Shown in pieces: positions 43,779 through 57,122 of a stretch of DNA of 64,000 nucleotides. Source of the DNA: Eledone cirrhosa (taxonomy: Eukaryota). Under the pieces are notes generated by a model. It was not told the DNA's origin. It made no database searches and was given only the letters and a program-made list of their open reading frames with translations. The translations under genes and the position numbers were made by a program. The first letter of the stretch is position 1. Every line of letters begins with the position of its first letter. The stretch is taken from NCBI GenBank assembly GCA_964016885.1, contig OZ024744.1:39742001-39806000 (forward strand), in the 5' to 3' direction.

Positions 43779-46325
43779 CATCATCATCATCATCATCAAC
43801 GTTTAACGTCCGTGTTCCACGCTTGCATGGGTTTGGACGGGGGTAGTCCCACTTGAGGCAAGAGTGATTGTCTTGCTCGCATAGGACTGTCTGGCAGGTT
43901 TTCTACAGTTGGATGCCCTTCCTAACACCAACCACATTTACAGTGTGGGTCTGGGAGGTTTTTACCGTGTTGCCTACACGGCCACATTACAGCGTGGACT
44001 GTGTGTTTTTTTGTCGTGACACCTACACGATCTCATTTGTTTCGGCCTCGATGGCGCGGCACCAACATAACTTTACATAGAACGGGGTGGTGTGGAATCG
44101 GGTGGGGGTGGGGGTGGTGGGACGGGGTGTATTTTGTTAGAGATGCCTACTGGCTGGAGTAGGTTTTACTATATATTTAGGTAAGGCGGGTCTTCTCTGT
44201 TACTGAGTACCGCCAAAGGTCTCGGTCCAGTGACATTGTCTTGGAGAGGTGTAAGTGTGTGATGTCGGAGTTTATCAGCTCGTCCCAGGTTTTTCTAGGT
44301 CTGCCTATTCCGTGACTACCGTCTATCTTTATTGCCCTGCACTTTGTTATACAGCTATCGACTTTCATGCGCATCACGTGTCCATACCAACGTAGCCTTC
44401 TCTCGAGTAAACAACATCTGATCCCTCTTATCTCTAATTTATTCCTTAGTTCGTTTATGCTTTGCCGTTCACGTATATTACTGTTACACATCCAGCGGAG
44501 CATGCAAGCTTCGTTCCTCTCTAGTCTGCGTATATCCTCTGCACACAATGCCCAGGTCTCACTGCCATGCAGCATTGCTGTTCGTATGCAGGCATCGTAC
44601 AACCTGCCTTTCATTTTTAGTGAGAACCCTTTAGCAGCTAATAGTGGTATAAGCTCTCTGAACTTTTTCCAACCAGTTCTGACTCTAGCTACAGTACTTT
44701 CAGAGCACCCTCCCCCACTGCTGATTTTATCGCCCAGGTAACGGAAGCTGTCCACTATTTCTATAGAACCCTCTGCGCAATTGAAAGAGCTAGTAGTTTG
44801 TGGGCACTTGCTGCTACTTATTGCACCAGAGCACCGGCCACATGTAAAATCTATGTTCTTAGTTAGCTTACCTGTGATCCCACTACATCTTTTATGCACC
44901 CATACTTTGCATTTAGGACATAAAATGGAGTTTCTACCTACGCCTTTCCTACACACCGAGCACGACCATTTCCCAGAAGGGACCGCCGCCTTGTTTTCTT
45001 TCCTACAAACTAGTACTTTGGTCTTAGCCAGGTTAATTTTAAGTCCTTTTGACTCTAGGCCGTGCTTCCATGTTTGGAATTTCTTCTCTAGCTCGGCCAT
45101 TGATTCCGCTATGAGTGTCAGGTCGTCTGCGTATAGGAGTTCCCATGGGCAGCCTGTCTTGAACTCCTCTGTTATAGCCTGAAGGGCAATAATAAATAGT
45201 AGTGGACTGAGAACAGAGCCCTGATGGACGCCGACTTTTACGCTAAACTCTTCACTATATTCGTTGTTAATTCTAACCTTGCTGACTGTTTCTTTATACA
45301 TGGCTTGTATAGCCCTCACAAGCCATTCGTCAACGCCTAGTTTTCTAAGAGCCCACCAGATAATGGAGCGGGGGACTCTGTCGAAGGCTTTCTCCAAGTC
45401 GACAAAAGCTAAGTAGAGGGGTTTACCTTTAGCTAGGTACTTCTCCTGTAGTTGTCGTACTATGAAAAGAGCGTCTGTGGTACTTTTGCCTGACACAAAC
45501 CCGAACTGCATTTCATCTAGGTCAATTCTCTCTCTGATTAGTTGCGCTATTACTCTTTCCGTGACCTTCATGACCTGGTCGATTAATTTAATGCCTCTAT
45601 AGTTACTCCTATCTAGGGCGTCTCCTTTACCCTTATAACAGTTAACGATGATGCTGCTATGCCAGTCCTTCGGAACAACCCCGTTCTGTACGACTTGGTT
45701 AACTATGCGGGTGACCATGGTGTGTCCCACCGTGCCAGATGCCTTCAGCATCTCAGCAACTATTTCCGAAGGCCCAGCCGCCTTACCAGTCTTCATATCC
45801 TTGATTGCCTTACTTATTATACTCCCCTCGACTAACACTGCTGGTCCCTCTATTGGGTCGATATGGGGGAGACTGCCTTTCTCCCAATTATTCTCCTCAT
45901 TTAGAAGCCTTTCATAGTGACACTTCCAAGCTACCTTCTTATCAGCGTCGGTGATGGCAAGTGTGCCATCGTCGTTTAGTACACACTTCTCCCCGACAAT
46001 ATCACGGTTTTCCTTGACGCATTGCCTAGCAATCCTGAACACCTCACGTTTTTGGTCATCGCGTTGTAGAACATGCTTGAACTTTCTTTCCTCAGCTTCC
46101 CTTCTTGCTAAGTACACTTGTCTCCTAGCTTCCCTCCTGGCCACTTGATAGTCCTCTCTACTTCCCCCATCCCGCCATACTTTCCAAGCCTGCTTTTTGG
46201 CCTTAATTGACCCCTCCACCTTACTGTTCCACCACCATGTTACTCTCCTCCTGCCTACAGGCCTGCTCCAGCCACAGACCTCGTCTGTCGCCAACAGCAG
46301 GTTTGCTTTCAGAAATTCCCACTCT
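43779..46325 (-). mobile_element. RTE family A, 5'-truncated young copy nearly identical to 10401-12695
   Basis: Same UTR and ORF, (CAT)n tail, (TA)n on both sides. Confidence 0.93.
44177..46294 (-). CDS. RTE reverse transcriptase with an inserted PHD-type zinc finger (lacks the N-terminal APE domain)
   Basis: 705-aa open frame with all RT motifs; C4HC3 pattern at 44831-44962. Confidence 0.88.
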   Translation of the reverse strand: MATDEVCGWSRPVGRRRVTWWWNSKVEGSIKAKKQAWKVWRDGGSREDYQVARREARRQVYLARREAEERKFKHVLQRDDQKREVFRIARQCVKENRDIVGEKCVLNDDGTLAITDADKKVAWKCHYERLLNEENNWEKGSLPHIDPIEGPAVLVEGSIISKAIKDMKTGKAAGPSEIVAEMLKASGTVGHTMVTRIVNQVVQNGVVPKDWHSSIIVNCYKGKGDALDRSNYRGIKLIDQVMKVTERVIAQLIRERIDLDEMQFGFVSGKSTTDALFIVRQLQEKYLAKGKPLYLAFVDLEKAFDRVPRSIIWWALRKLGVDEWLVRAIQAMYKETVSKVRINNEYSEEFSVKVGVHQGSVLSPLLFIIALQAITEEFKTGCPWELLYADDLTLIAESMAELEKKFQTWKHGLESKGLKINLAKTKVLVCRKENKAAVPSGKWSCSVCRKGVGRNSILCPKCKVWVHKRCSGITGKLTKNIDFTCGRCSGAISSSKCPQTTSSFNCAEGSIEIVDSFRYLGDKISSGGGCSESTVARVRTGWKKFRELIPLLAAKGFSLKMKGRLYDACIRTAMLHGSETWALCAEDIRRLERNEACMLRWMCNSNIRERQSINELRNKLEIRGIRCCLLERRLRWYGHVMRMKVDSCITKCRAIKIDGSHGIGRPRKTWDELINSDITHLHLSKTMSLDRDLWRYSVTEKTRLT

Positions 46326-46779
46326 CCCTCTATATATATATATATTATATATATATATATATGAAAATAGACGAAACTATTTCAATCAAATTGTATTTTG
46401 AATAGCTCAAATACTATATAGGCTAAAATCTTTAATTTGTAGAGCTATATTTTTCAAAAATTACATTTAGGTGTTTTATATATATATATAATTCATTCAG
46501 CTCCATTGCTCTCTGTGGAGCATAGGCCATTGATCACTCTCCATCATCATATATCATCCTGAGCTGTTCTCACCACTCCACTCCAGTTGGCTTCCAGCTT
46601 TCTTAATTCAGCCTCAGTGTTTAGAGTTGTATTATAGAGTTAGAGTTTTATTGACCACTATAGAAAATGAATGGTTAGGCCATTTTACTATTTTATTTAC
46701 TCCAATTTAGAAATAGTATCAGAAGGTGTTAGGCTGTGTTTAATGTTAATTGGATTGGAACAACAAGATCTAGTCGCAA

Positions 46780-47165
46780 CAGTATGAACACAGAATATTT
46801 ATTTATTGAAGAACATATTTTTCAATCGTGTTTGTGAATGTGAACAAGCAGAATACATTTGAACTTGTTAAGAGTACAAGGTTGATTGCGGATAATACAA
46901 TGTTACCTCTACTGGTTGTCAAGACATTATGGATGTCTAATATCCAGTTGGTAGATTAAATATAGCACTCTCTGTTTAGCCATATTTCACGCCACTTGTC
47001 GCATGTTGAGGACAGCAAATTATTACGTGTTTCTGGTCTGAAACTATCTACTCTACTAATTGCTTTCGGTTTTGGCACAATGCATTACTCATCCGATAGA
47101 TAGCTGTATCGGATCGTTGACTGGCTAATAGTTAGGTGAGGTGAGTTAGTGCAACAGGAATCAAC
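46780..47165 (-). mobile_element. Possible Penelope-like endonuclease relic
   Basis: Frameshifted LNRECY/LIYQLDIRHP resembles the C-terminus of PLE GIY-YIG domains. Confidence 0.3.
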
Positions 47166-47199
47166 GCGTGTAAATTGACTGATTTATCTGTTCACTACA

Positions 47200-47918
47200 G
47201 TGTCATGCCTCCAGCTGACACAGAGCCAGCCTCTCTTACTCTTACCCTGCAGGTTCCAGGTCATGGCTTGACATGTGGTGTTGGATACTGGTTTCCCGAG
47301 GGTATGTCCTATCCAGCTACACAACTCTGCAGAATCTATTTTGCTCATCTGGTTCCTGTTCCACTCATTCCTACAGATCTTCGTTTCTGATCTTCTCCGG
47401 CCATTTGATGTTGTAGATGTACCTCAGACAGGTGTTGAAGAATATCTGGATCTTTTGTTGCATCTTTTTTGTTGTCCTCCAAGTTTCACATCTGTACAAC
47501 AGTACTGCCTTCACATTGGAGTTGAAGATGTAAAGTTTAGTTCTTGGGTAGATCTCTTTTGATGCCCAGACATTCTTTAGCATGATGAAAGCTGCTCTTG
47601 ACTTACCAATCTGGCTGTCACATCTCGGACAGTTTCCTCACATCGATAAACCACACTTCCCAGATAGACAAATGACTGCACCTCTCTGATAGGCTCTCCA
47701 CCAACTGTGACTAGTGTATTGGCAGCGGTGTTGATCTTCATCAACACGGTTTTCTTCTTGTTTATCCTTAGCCCTGTCCTGGCTGATGTGGTTGGTCGCT
47801 AAGCATGAAGTTTTGTCATGTATCTGGTCATAACTGTGTGTCAAGAATGCCAGGTCATCAGCAAAATCGAGCTCATCCAGTTGTGTCCAGGGTGTCCACT
47901 GTATACCATTGTTCCTCT
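47200..47918 (-). mobile_element. Decayed fragment of another RTE family
   Basis: GIQWTPWTQLDELDFADDLA and TKLYIFNSNVKAVLLYRCETW...IKWPEKIRNEDL. Confidence 0.78.
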
Positions 47919-47998
47919 TGTATATGTGTGTATATATGTATATATATATGTGTGAGTGTGTGTGTGTAAATATCTATCTAGCTATCTATATATATATA

Positions 47999-48082
<84 letters not shown>

Positions 48083-48086
<4 letters not shown>

Positions 48087-48920
48087 CCTGCATACGAACA
48101 GCAATGTTACATGGCAGTGAGACTTGGGCATTGTGTGCAGAGGATATACGCAGACTGGAGAGGAACGAAGCCTGCATGCTCCGCTGGATGTGTAATAGTA
48201 ATATACGTGAACGGCAAAGCATAAACGAACTAAGGGATAAATTAGGAATAAGAGGGATCAGATGTTGTTTACTCGAGAGAAGATTACGTTGGTATGGACA
48301 CGTGATGCGCATGAAAGACTACAGCTGTATAAAAAAGTGCAATAAAAATAGACGGTAGCCACGGAGTAGGCAGACCCAGAAAAACCTGGGACGACTTGAT
48401 AAATTCCGACCTCATACACTTACACCTCTCCAAGACAATGTCACTGGACCGAGATCTTTGGCGCTACACAGTCATACAGAAGACCCGCCTTGCCTAAGTA
48501 CAAAGCGAAACCTACAGTCAGTAGGCACCTCTAACAAAATACACCCCCCCCCCCCTTAAATGTGAAGTTATGTTGGTACCACAACATCCAGTCCGAAACA
48601 AATGAGGTCGTGTAGGTGTCACGGCAAAAAAATACACAGTCCACGCTGTAATGTGGCCGTGTAGGTAACACAGTAAAAACCTCCCAGTCCACACTGTAAA
48701 CGTGGTTGGTGTTAGGAAGGGCATCCAGCCGTAGAAAACCCGCCAGACAGTCCTATACGAGCAGGACAACCAAACTTGCCTCAAGTGGGAAAACTCCCGT
48801 CCAAACCCATGCAAGCGTGGAAGATGGACGTTAAACGATGATGATGATGATGATATATATATATAACCCATGCAAGCGTGGAAGATGGACGTTAAACGAT
48901 GATGATGATGATGATGATGA
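48083..48920 (+). mobile_element. RTE family A, 3' fragment with a duplicated terminus
   Basis: [14 protein letters not shown]... plus UTR; the terminal ~35 bp and (GAT)n are repeated at about 48865-48920. Confidence 0.88.
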
Positions 48921-48937
48921 TATATATAAATATATTG

Positions 48938-49140
48938 TGAAGGCGTGTGGCTGATTTGCAATCGAGAGGTTGTGAGTTCGATTCCTGGACCGGGCGATGC
49001 GTTGTGTCCTTGAGCAAGACACTTTATTTCATTTGCTCATTCTACCTGGAGTTGCAACCAATAGAGAGTATTGGCAATTGCAAAGACCAATGGAAACATA
49101 GTTTCCTCAGTCTGATTTGATGAAAGTCGATCAACTGTCA
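48938..49140 (+). mobile_element. CORE-type SINE, homologue of 14247-14456
   Basis: B box GTTCGATTCC, TGTCCTTGAGCAAGACACTT and the same unique tail. Confidence 0.75.
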
Positions 49141-49169
49141 ATATATAATTATATATATAAAACAAACAA

Positions 49170-49698
49170 ATAGTTTATTGCTCTACATGGCTGAATACAA
49201 TAAATGTAAGCTGAGTTTGTTGAATATTAATAATAATATTCGATTCATTTGCAATTATATAAACAGCCTCTTTAAAGCCATGTCAGTAGAATGACTCTGT
49301 CATTCTTACTCTTGAGTTGGCATGTAAACACTAATGTTTCTGGGTGATTACCCTTCATCAGTACAGTATAGTGCTTACCTGCTAACTGTCAGAACTAGTG
49401 AAAATATATGATATTTTCTAAAATAAGATCGGCCTGATTTGCATATTAGCTGACTGCCTGATCAGTCAGATTTGCATATCAGCAGATAGGCCAGTCAGTT
49501 TCATGTATACAAGCGATTAATGACCGACTTTGCCATATGCAAATAACAAACAGTTTATCACTCTACATGGCTGATGCCAACACAAGAGCAATAATGAGGG
49601 GCTCATTCTACTCACATGGATTAAAAGAGGCTTGTTTGCATAATTGCAAACAAATCGAATATTATTATTAATATTCAAAAAACTCAGATTACATTTAT
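49170..49698. mobile_element. Second member of the foldback/MITE family at 24847
   Basis: Same inverted ends and related interior. Confidence 0.7.
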
Positions 49699-50509
49699 AT
49701 ATATATATATGAGTAAAGGTGATGATAATGATGATATATATATCATCATTATCATCATTATCATAGGGTGGTGAATTGGGTCAGACGCCATCCTTTGACG
49801 CATAGAGTTACGGCCCTTGCCATTCTGAGTTCAAATCCCGTCGAGGTTAACTTTGCCTTTCATCTTAACCAGGGTCGATAAAATAAAGTACCAGTAATAC
49901 ATTGGGATAATTGCTGGCCTTGTGCCTATTGTAAAAACAATTATTATCATCATTATCATCATCATCACCGTTTTACGTCTCCATGCTAGCATGGGTTAGA
50001 CGGGATTTCCTGTTGTGGGCAATGCCAGGTCAAGTGACTGTCCCTTGTTCATACAGAACTGATTTTCGCTTGGTTTCTACAGCTGCATGCTCTTCCTAAC
50101 ACCAACCCCATTTACAGTGAGTACTGAGTGCTTTTTTACCGTAGTACCTACATGACCACTTTCCAGTGGGAGGGGCGTGGGGGCATATTGTCTATATGCT
50201 TCAGCTTCGGCTTGTACCTGTGGGAACTCAGGTCTTCTGTGTGTATATATAGAGCAAGACACTTATTTTGACGTTGCTCCACTCACCTGGGAAAAATGAG
50301 TTGTACCTGTAGTTCAAAGAACCAGCCTTGTCACACACTGTGTCACACTGAATCTCCCTGAGAACTATGTAAAGGGTATGCGCGTCTGTGGAATGCTCAG
50401 CCATTTGCACGTTTATTTTCACAAGCAGGCTGTTCTGTTGACCGGATCAGCTGGAACACTCCTACTTGTAACCGACAGAGTACCTCCTTATATATATATA
50501 TATATATTA

Positions 50510-51152
50510 TACGTTGGCATGGTCAAGTGATGCGCATGAAAGACGACCGCTGTATAAAAAAATGAAGGGCAATCAAAATTGATGGAAGTTACGGAGTAGG
50601 TAAACCCAGAAAAACCTGGGATGATTTGATAAATTCCAACCTTACACACTTGCACCTCTCTAAGACAATGTCACTGGATCGAGATCTTTGGTGCCACACA
50701 GTAATACAGAAGACCTGCCTTCCCTATTTACAAAGCGAAACCTACAGTCAGTAGGCACCTCTTAACCAAATATACACCCCAATCCACTACCCCTACTCCA
50801 CCCTCCCACTCCCACCAACACCACCCTCTCTCTGTAAAGTTAGTACCACAACATCCAGTCCAAATAAATGAGATAATGAGATCGAGATCGTGTAGGTGTC
50901 ACAACAAAAACAACACAAAGTCCACGCTATAATGTGGCCGTGTAGGTAACACGGTAAAAACCTCCCAGTCCACACTGTAAATGTGGTTGGTGTTAGGAAG
51001 GGCATCCACCCATAGAAAACCTGCCAGATAGTCCTATATGAGCAAGACACGGTCACCCGACCAACCTTGCCTCAAATTGGGAAAACTCCCGTCTAACCCA
51101 TGCTAACATGGAAGATGGATGTTAAATGATGATGATGATGATGATGATGATA
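50510..51152 (+). mobile_element. Diverged RTE family A, 3' fragment
   Basis: Homology to 22910-23508; (GAT)n tail. Confidence 0.82.
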
Positions 51153-51198
51153 TATATATGAAAAGAAGAAATTAAAAGATGGTTAAAAAAGTTCCATA

Positions 51199-54100
51199 TC
51201 TATTTATTAATTTCAAGAACGTCAGTATTCCGTGTGTAATAATTCTCGATTATTATTGGTTCATAGGTTTCAAACGACTCTGCCCACCTCAACGACGCCA
51301 AACTGAAATTAATATGCATAATGCCAATGAGGGAGTGAGAGGGGAGAGTGTGAATGCTGTGTTCAATAACTATTAACATGTGTGCGTGTGTATGTATGTG
51401 CGCATATGTTTATGTGTGTGTGCATGCATGCAGCGTTCCACAGAAAGTAAAAACTATCAACATGTGTGCGTGTGTAAGTTTGCGTGCGTGTGCGCGTTTC
51501 CATGCGTGTGTGTGTTTCACAATCGCCACGCAGTTTATCTGTCTGTGTGCCTGTCTGTCAGTCTAACATGCACAGAGTTATGAAGGGAGTAAATAGGGAC
51601 CTTTCTTTACATTGACGGACATCTTTTATATTTATTATTGTGTCATTTTTTGACAATTGCTCGAAATGAATACTGATAATAAAAGCAATTCGACTTTATC
51701 AAACAGTGAACTACAGAGGTGACAGCGTGCAGCCAGCAATGAAGAAAAATGGGCCGAACAGTCCCATCGGAACGTCGAACTTCAGAGGCGAAGACGTGCC
51801 GCCATGAATGAAGAGGAACTGGCTGAACAACGCCAACGAAACACTGGAGCCAAGCAGCGACGGCGTGCTGCGATAGTTGAAGACGAACTGGCTGAGCATC
51901 ATCAGCAGATGGCCAGAATTCATCAGCAACGGCGTGCTGCGATGGATGAAGAGGAGCTGGCTGAACAGCGCCAGCGCAATACAGAAGTTCAGAGAATGTC
52001 TCGCCAAAGTGCTCCTCATTCCAGTAAAGAGGCTAGAAGGCGAACGAATGATATTAAAAATGGATCAGGGCAACTGTGTCATTTTCAGATAGGTGGACAA
52101 GCAGAGTGTCCACATTGTGGAGCATTGCTTTGGAGGCACAAAAAAACGTGGACCATAATGTGCTGTCATAAAGGAGCAGTTCAACTAGAACCCTTGCGAA
52201 TGCCGGATAATGAGGAGTCACCGGAGTTTAAAATACTAAGTATGTAGGGTGATCAAGGAGACCGAGGTAGATTTCTGCGCAAATATTCGCGGCAAATTAA
52301 CAATTCATTAGCTTTAGCATCGCAGAGAGTTAGTGAGATGTTTGAGAGTGGAGCATGGCAACCGAATGTAGTCATTCAAGGCCGTTTGTATCATTGGAGA
52401 GAGGCCTCGATTAGCTCAAATTTACATTAACGATCCAGATTATAGTGAATCAGAGGAGGATATCAGGATCAGTTGGATGAAGTTGCCGGGAAATATAACT
52501 GAACTTGAATGGCAAAGGTTAAGTGATTTGATCCGTGATTTGCAATCATGGCTTAGACAGTGTAATCCTTATGTTATGGATTTCATGTTGGTGACTGAAC
52601 TGCAAAATGTTCAGCAGCAAACATTGGTGATTAAGGCTGACGCAGTGCCAAGGAATCAACACGAACGGCGATATAATGCCCCTGAAGGATTTCGTGAAGT
52701 TGCTGTGTTGATGGACGATAAGCCTGGATCGAGAGATATTGTCCTCAATCGCAGAGATGGTGGTCTCAGGACTATCAATGAGTCAAATAGGGCATACGCT
52801 CCATTGCATTATGTTCTTTTATTCCCAAAACGTGAAAATGGATGGAACATGTCTGTTCATTTAGATGATCATGAGAATCAGCATCAACAGGGAGGTGGCA
52901 ATAGACACAGTAATTCGATTCGCGACTTTTACGTGTTCCATTTGAACGAGAGGTATCAACAGAGAAATGCGCTATTTCAAGCCAGCAGATTGTTCCAGGA
53001 ATACTGTTGTATGGCATTCGCAAAGATCGAAAATCAAAGGCTAAATTATATAGCTACACATCAGCAACATATCAGAGCTGAATTGTATAATAATATACAG
53101 GATGCGATAACAGCCGATGATGCCAATTACAAGCAAATTGGTCGACGCATCATTTTGCCATCGTCGTTCATCGGCGGCCCGAGATATATGAACATTCGCT
53201 ATCAGGATGCAATGGCTATTGTCAGAAAGTTTGGAAAGCCAGATTTGTTTATAACGGTTACATGCAATCTTGAATGGACTGATATTAAGGATGCACTTTT
53301 GCCAGGACAACAGCCAAAGGACCGCGTCCTGATATTGTGGCAAGAGTATTCAAAGGATATCTGAAAAAGATAATGGATGATGTGGAAAAAGAGGGAATCT
53401 TTGGAGGTATAGTTGCTTTTACATACGTAATTGAATTCCAAAAAAGAGGATTGCCACATGCACATTTGCTGATCATTTTACATAGAGATTTCAAATTGAG
53501 ATGTGCTGAGGATGTCGACAGGCCCTACGCAACTTGATGGCAAAGTCAATGTTGCACAACCAATGCGGAGTGGCAAATCGGAAAGTGCCTTGCATGAGAA
53601 ATGGCCAATGCAGTAAGCACTTTCCGAAATCTTTTGTCCCCCGAACACTTCCTGGAACGATGGGGATGCTCATCCCTCATACAGAAGACGGTCGCCTGCA
53701 GATGGCGGTTTGGTCGAAAATGTAAACGGTCGACAGGTTACAAATCAATGGGTTGTGCCATACAATCCATATTTGATTATGAAATATCGTTGTTATATTA
53801 ATGTGGAAATTTGTAGCTCAGTGAAAGCTTGCAAATATCTATTCAAATATGTTTACAAAGGTCATGATCGGGCAATGATCAATGCCAGGAATGAGGAAGC
53901 GAACCAAGGAGGTGAAGTTGGCAGGTTCCAGGATGTTCGCTCGATTGGATCTAGCGAAGCTTGCTGGAGATTGTTCGATTTTGATCTCAATGAACGCAAA
54001 CCCAGCGTTCAGAAACTGTTGGTTCACTTAGAGAATAGGCAAATGGTCTGTTTTCAGGACACTAGAAGAGGTGTCGAAAGAATTGCTAACGCACCACCTC

Positions 54101-57100
54101 CTAAGACGGAATTGACTGAGTGGTTCAAGCATAATAGGGAACATGCTTTGAACCCGGATCAAAGGCAACTCCACTGCGATTTCCCTTCGCACTATACGTG
54201 GGATAAGAAGGGAAAAAAATGGAATGATAGAAAACAAAAGTTTAGATTCATGACTATTGGACGGGTTTGTAATGTCCATCCAGCATCTGGTGATGTGTTT
54301 TATCTCCAAATTCTGTTGCATAATGATTTTTCGAGAGGTAAACAGAGCTTTGCTGATTTGTAAACAATCAATGGCGTGGAATATGAAACATACCAGGCTG
54401 TGTGTCAGCATCTGGGACGCCTTCAGGATGATGCTGAATGGAATAACGCCATAGAAGCTGCAGGAACAACACAGATGCCAGCTCAAATAAGGCAGTTGTT
54501 TGTCACGATTCTAGGATTCTGCAATCCTGCCGATCCAAGAGAGTTATTTGAACGCCATTGGGGAATTATGGCTGATCGTTTTAGGCATCATCTTCAGGTC
54601 GATGATGAAACTTTGATGAAAGCTATTGTTTTGCTCAATATTGAGCAACTGCTTGAAGTTCATTTTAAATTTTTAACAGATTTCAATTTGGCAATTCCTG
54701 ATGAAGAAATGCGGCAACGTGTCTTAGCATTGAACATGAGATTGCAGCTTAGACGGCTGCCACTTGATCGGAGGGAACTATTCTAGTTTGATCCACTGGA
54801 ACAGCAATGTATTGTGGATGAACGTATGCCAATGTTGACCCAATCTCATAGAGAATTGGTCGATGGCGTTCTCCACTTGATTTCCACTAATGAGCAACTT
54901 TGTGCTTTCATAGATGCTCCAGGAGGCACCGGAAAGACATTTTGTTTCAACACTATGTTATCGGCAGTCAGAACTCATAGGAAGATTGCTCTCTCTGTGG
55001 CCACCAGTGGGATCACTGCCACTTTGCTGAGTGGTGGAAGGACCTTCCACTCATGCTTCAAGGCTCCATTGGCTCCGGATGAGTTGAGTGTCTGTAACAT
55101 TACAGGACAAAGTGAACTCGCGGGCCTTATACGCAATACGTCTCTGATTATTTGGGACGAGGCTCCAATGGCACACAGATATTTGCTGGAGGCATTGGAC
55201 AGAACTTTGAGAGATATCTGCGGTAGTGACCTGCCATTCGGTGGTAAGACTATCGTTCTTGGTGGCGATTTCAGACAGGTGCTACCAATTGTTAGGAATG
55301 CTCAAAGAGAACAAATTGTTGATGCATGTCTGAAAAAGTCCCCGTTGTGGCGCCATTTCAGAGTTTTGCGATTACACGATAATATGCGACTTCGTATGTT
55401 CGGGCAAGATAAAGAGGCTGAGACATACGGCCGATGGTTGATGCAGTTGGGAAACGATGAATTGCCACATGTTGGTGATAATCAGACTGTAAGAATCCCA
55501 GACCATTTGGTCATGCCACTGGACTGCCAAGCATTGATTGACTGGGTGTTCCCTAATTTGAATGCTTTTTGGCAGAATATCTCCTGGATATCAGAACACG
55601 TTATTCTAACTCATACGAATGCAACGGTCAATGAAATAAATTCACAAGTAGCCGGAATGTTTCCTGGAGAGGAATGGTTGACCGTCAGTGCGGATGCAAT
55701 GGAGCCTAATCAACAGAACAATAAGGATGTTCCAACTGAGTATCTGAATTCACTTCAAATACCCGGATTTCCCCCACATATTTTGAGGTTGAAAAAGGGT
55801 ATGCCGATTATATTGCTTAGAAATATCAATCATAAAATAGGTCTTTGCTATGGTACCAGATTGATTGTTGAGAGATTGATTAACGGAAGAGTTTTAGAAG
55901 CTAAACTCCCAGGCAGAGAGGAATTGGTTCTCATTCCGAGGATCATGCTGAGACCAAGTGAAGATCTGCTGCCATTCATTTGGCAAAGGAGACAGTTTCC
56001 CGTCAATTTGGCCTTCTCCATGACTGTTAACAAGGCACAGAGACAGGCTTTCAAGCGAGTCAGTGTCTACTTGAATGATCCAGCTTTCAGCCATGGGCAA
56101 CTGTATGTTGCTGCATCTCAAGTGTGCGATCCTGATGGTGTAAAATTTGCAATTGATACCACTAACAGAGGAACAAACCTGAATATTGTCTATAATGAAG
56201 CTTTGAGCTGATGTATGCATATCTTTAATGCTAACAATAAGTGATGTAAATGATTCAGACATTGGTGTCCTTTGATCAGTGTTGTGAGCTTTGACAGAGT
56301 TATCATTTCTGTTCAATGTCATTTATTGTCGATAATGAGCAATAAAAACCAACAAGTATTGGTAGAAATTGCCTTCAAATTTATCGCTTCTGATAGCGGT
56401 GGTAATAAAACCTCATCATATGCTGAGTCTGGCAAAATGTTTGGTGCCTATGGCCGGCCAGGGCTAGAGTAATATTGAAAAATGATTCTATTTTCGAAGT
56501 AGAAGGATCCGCCATTTGGAGTTCAAACCAGGCCACCTCCCCGAGTTGAACTCTGGGCAATATTGACTGTCTATTACTCAGTGGCTAAGAGCCTGGAAAT
56601 TACAGAATAAATTATTGTGTCATATAATTTGTTGTTTTATTATTATAGCTGACCACTTATAGATAAGCATGTTATCAAATCCATATTAATTTGGCATTTG
56701 TATAAACCATTTCAAGTAAATAGGGACCTTTTTTACATTGACGGACATCTTTTTTATTAATTATCTATATCTATATCTACATATAATATAAAAGATTGGA
56801 ACTTCCATAATCCTTTTGAGAAACGTGGAACAAACACGTCTATGCAATGATACACGTTTTACAGTCAGGCAGAAGATGAACCATCTCCTAGAGGTCACTA
56901 TTCTAGGTGCTCCCACCTAGAATTGTTCATATACTATGCACAAACGGTACAACGAAGAATCTGGTATATCTGGAAGATTTTTTTACTGTTTTTGGTATCG
57001 CACAGACACCACGGACTCGCCTCATACTGTAACCAGACAAACATCCAATACAGTCATTTTCTCTTTTACCTGTCTTCTCTTATCATCTGTTTACCCGGGC

Positions 57101-57121
57101 GAAGCTGGGTACGTCAGCTAG
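51199..57121 (+). mobile_element. Helitron, decayed autonomous type, 5.9 kb
   Basis: 5' TC after A at 51198, 3' hairpin ACCCGGGCGAAGCTGGGT (57093-57110), then CTAG followed by T. The flanks rejoin into a sequence homologous to 1936-2060. Confidence 0.85.
51666..56211 (+). pseudogene. Helitron RepHel (23-aa repeats, Zn motif, HUH Rep, PIF1-like helicase) broken by stops and frameshifts
   Basis: CPHCGALLW...CC; FGKPDLFITVTCN; YVIEFQKRGLPHAHLL; KYLFKYVYKG; DAPGGTGKT; IIWDEAPM; GGDFRQVLP; RRQFPVNLAFSMTVNKAQ; FSHGQLYVA. Confidence 0.93.
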
Positions 57122-57122
57122 T

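Noticed and set aside
51666-56211. Recoded or spliced intact RepHel
   Set aside because: The stops are a mix of TGA, TAG and TAA with frameshifts and no intron-like gaps; ordinary decay explains them.
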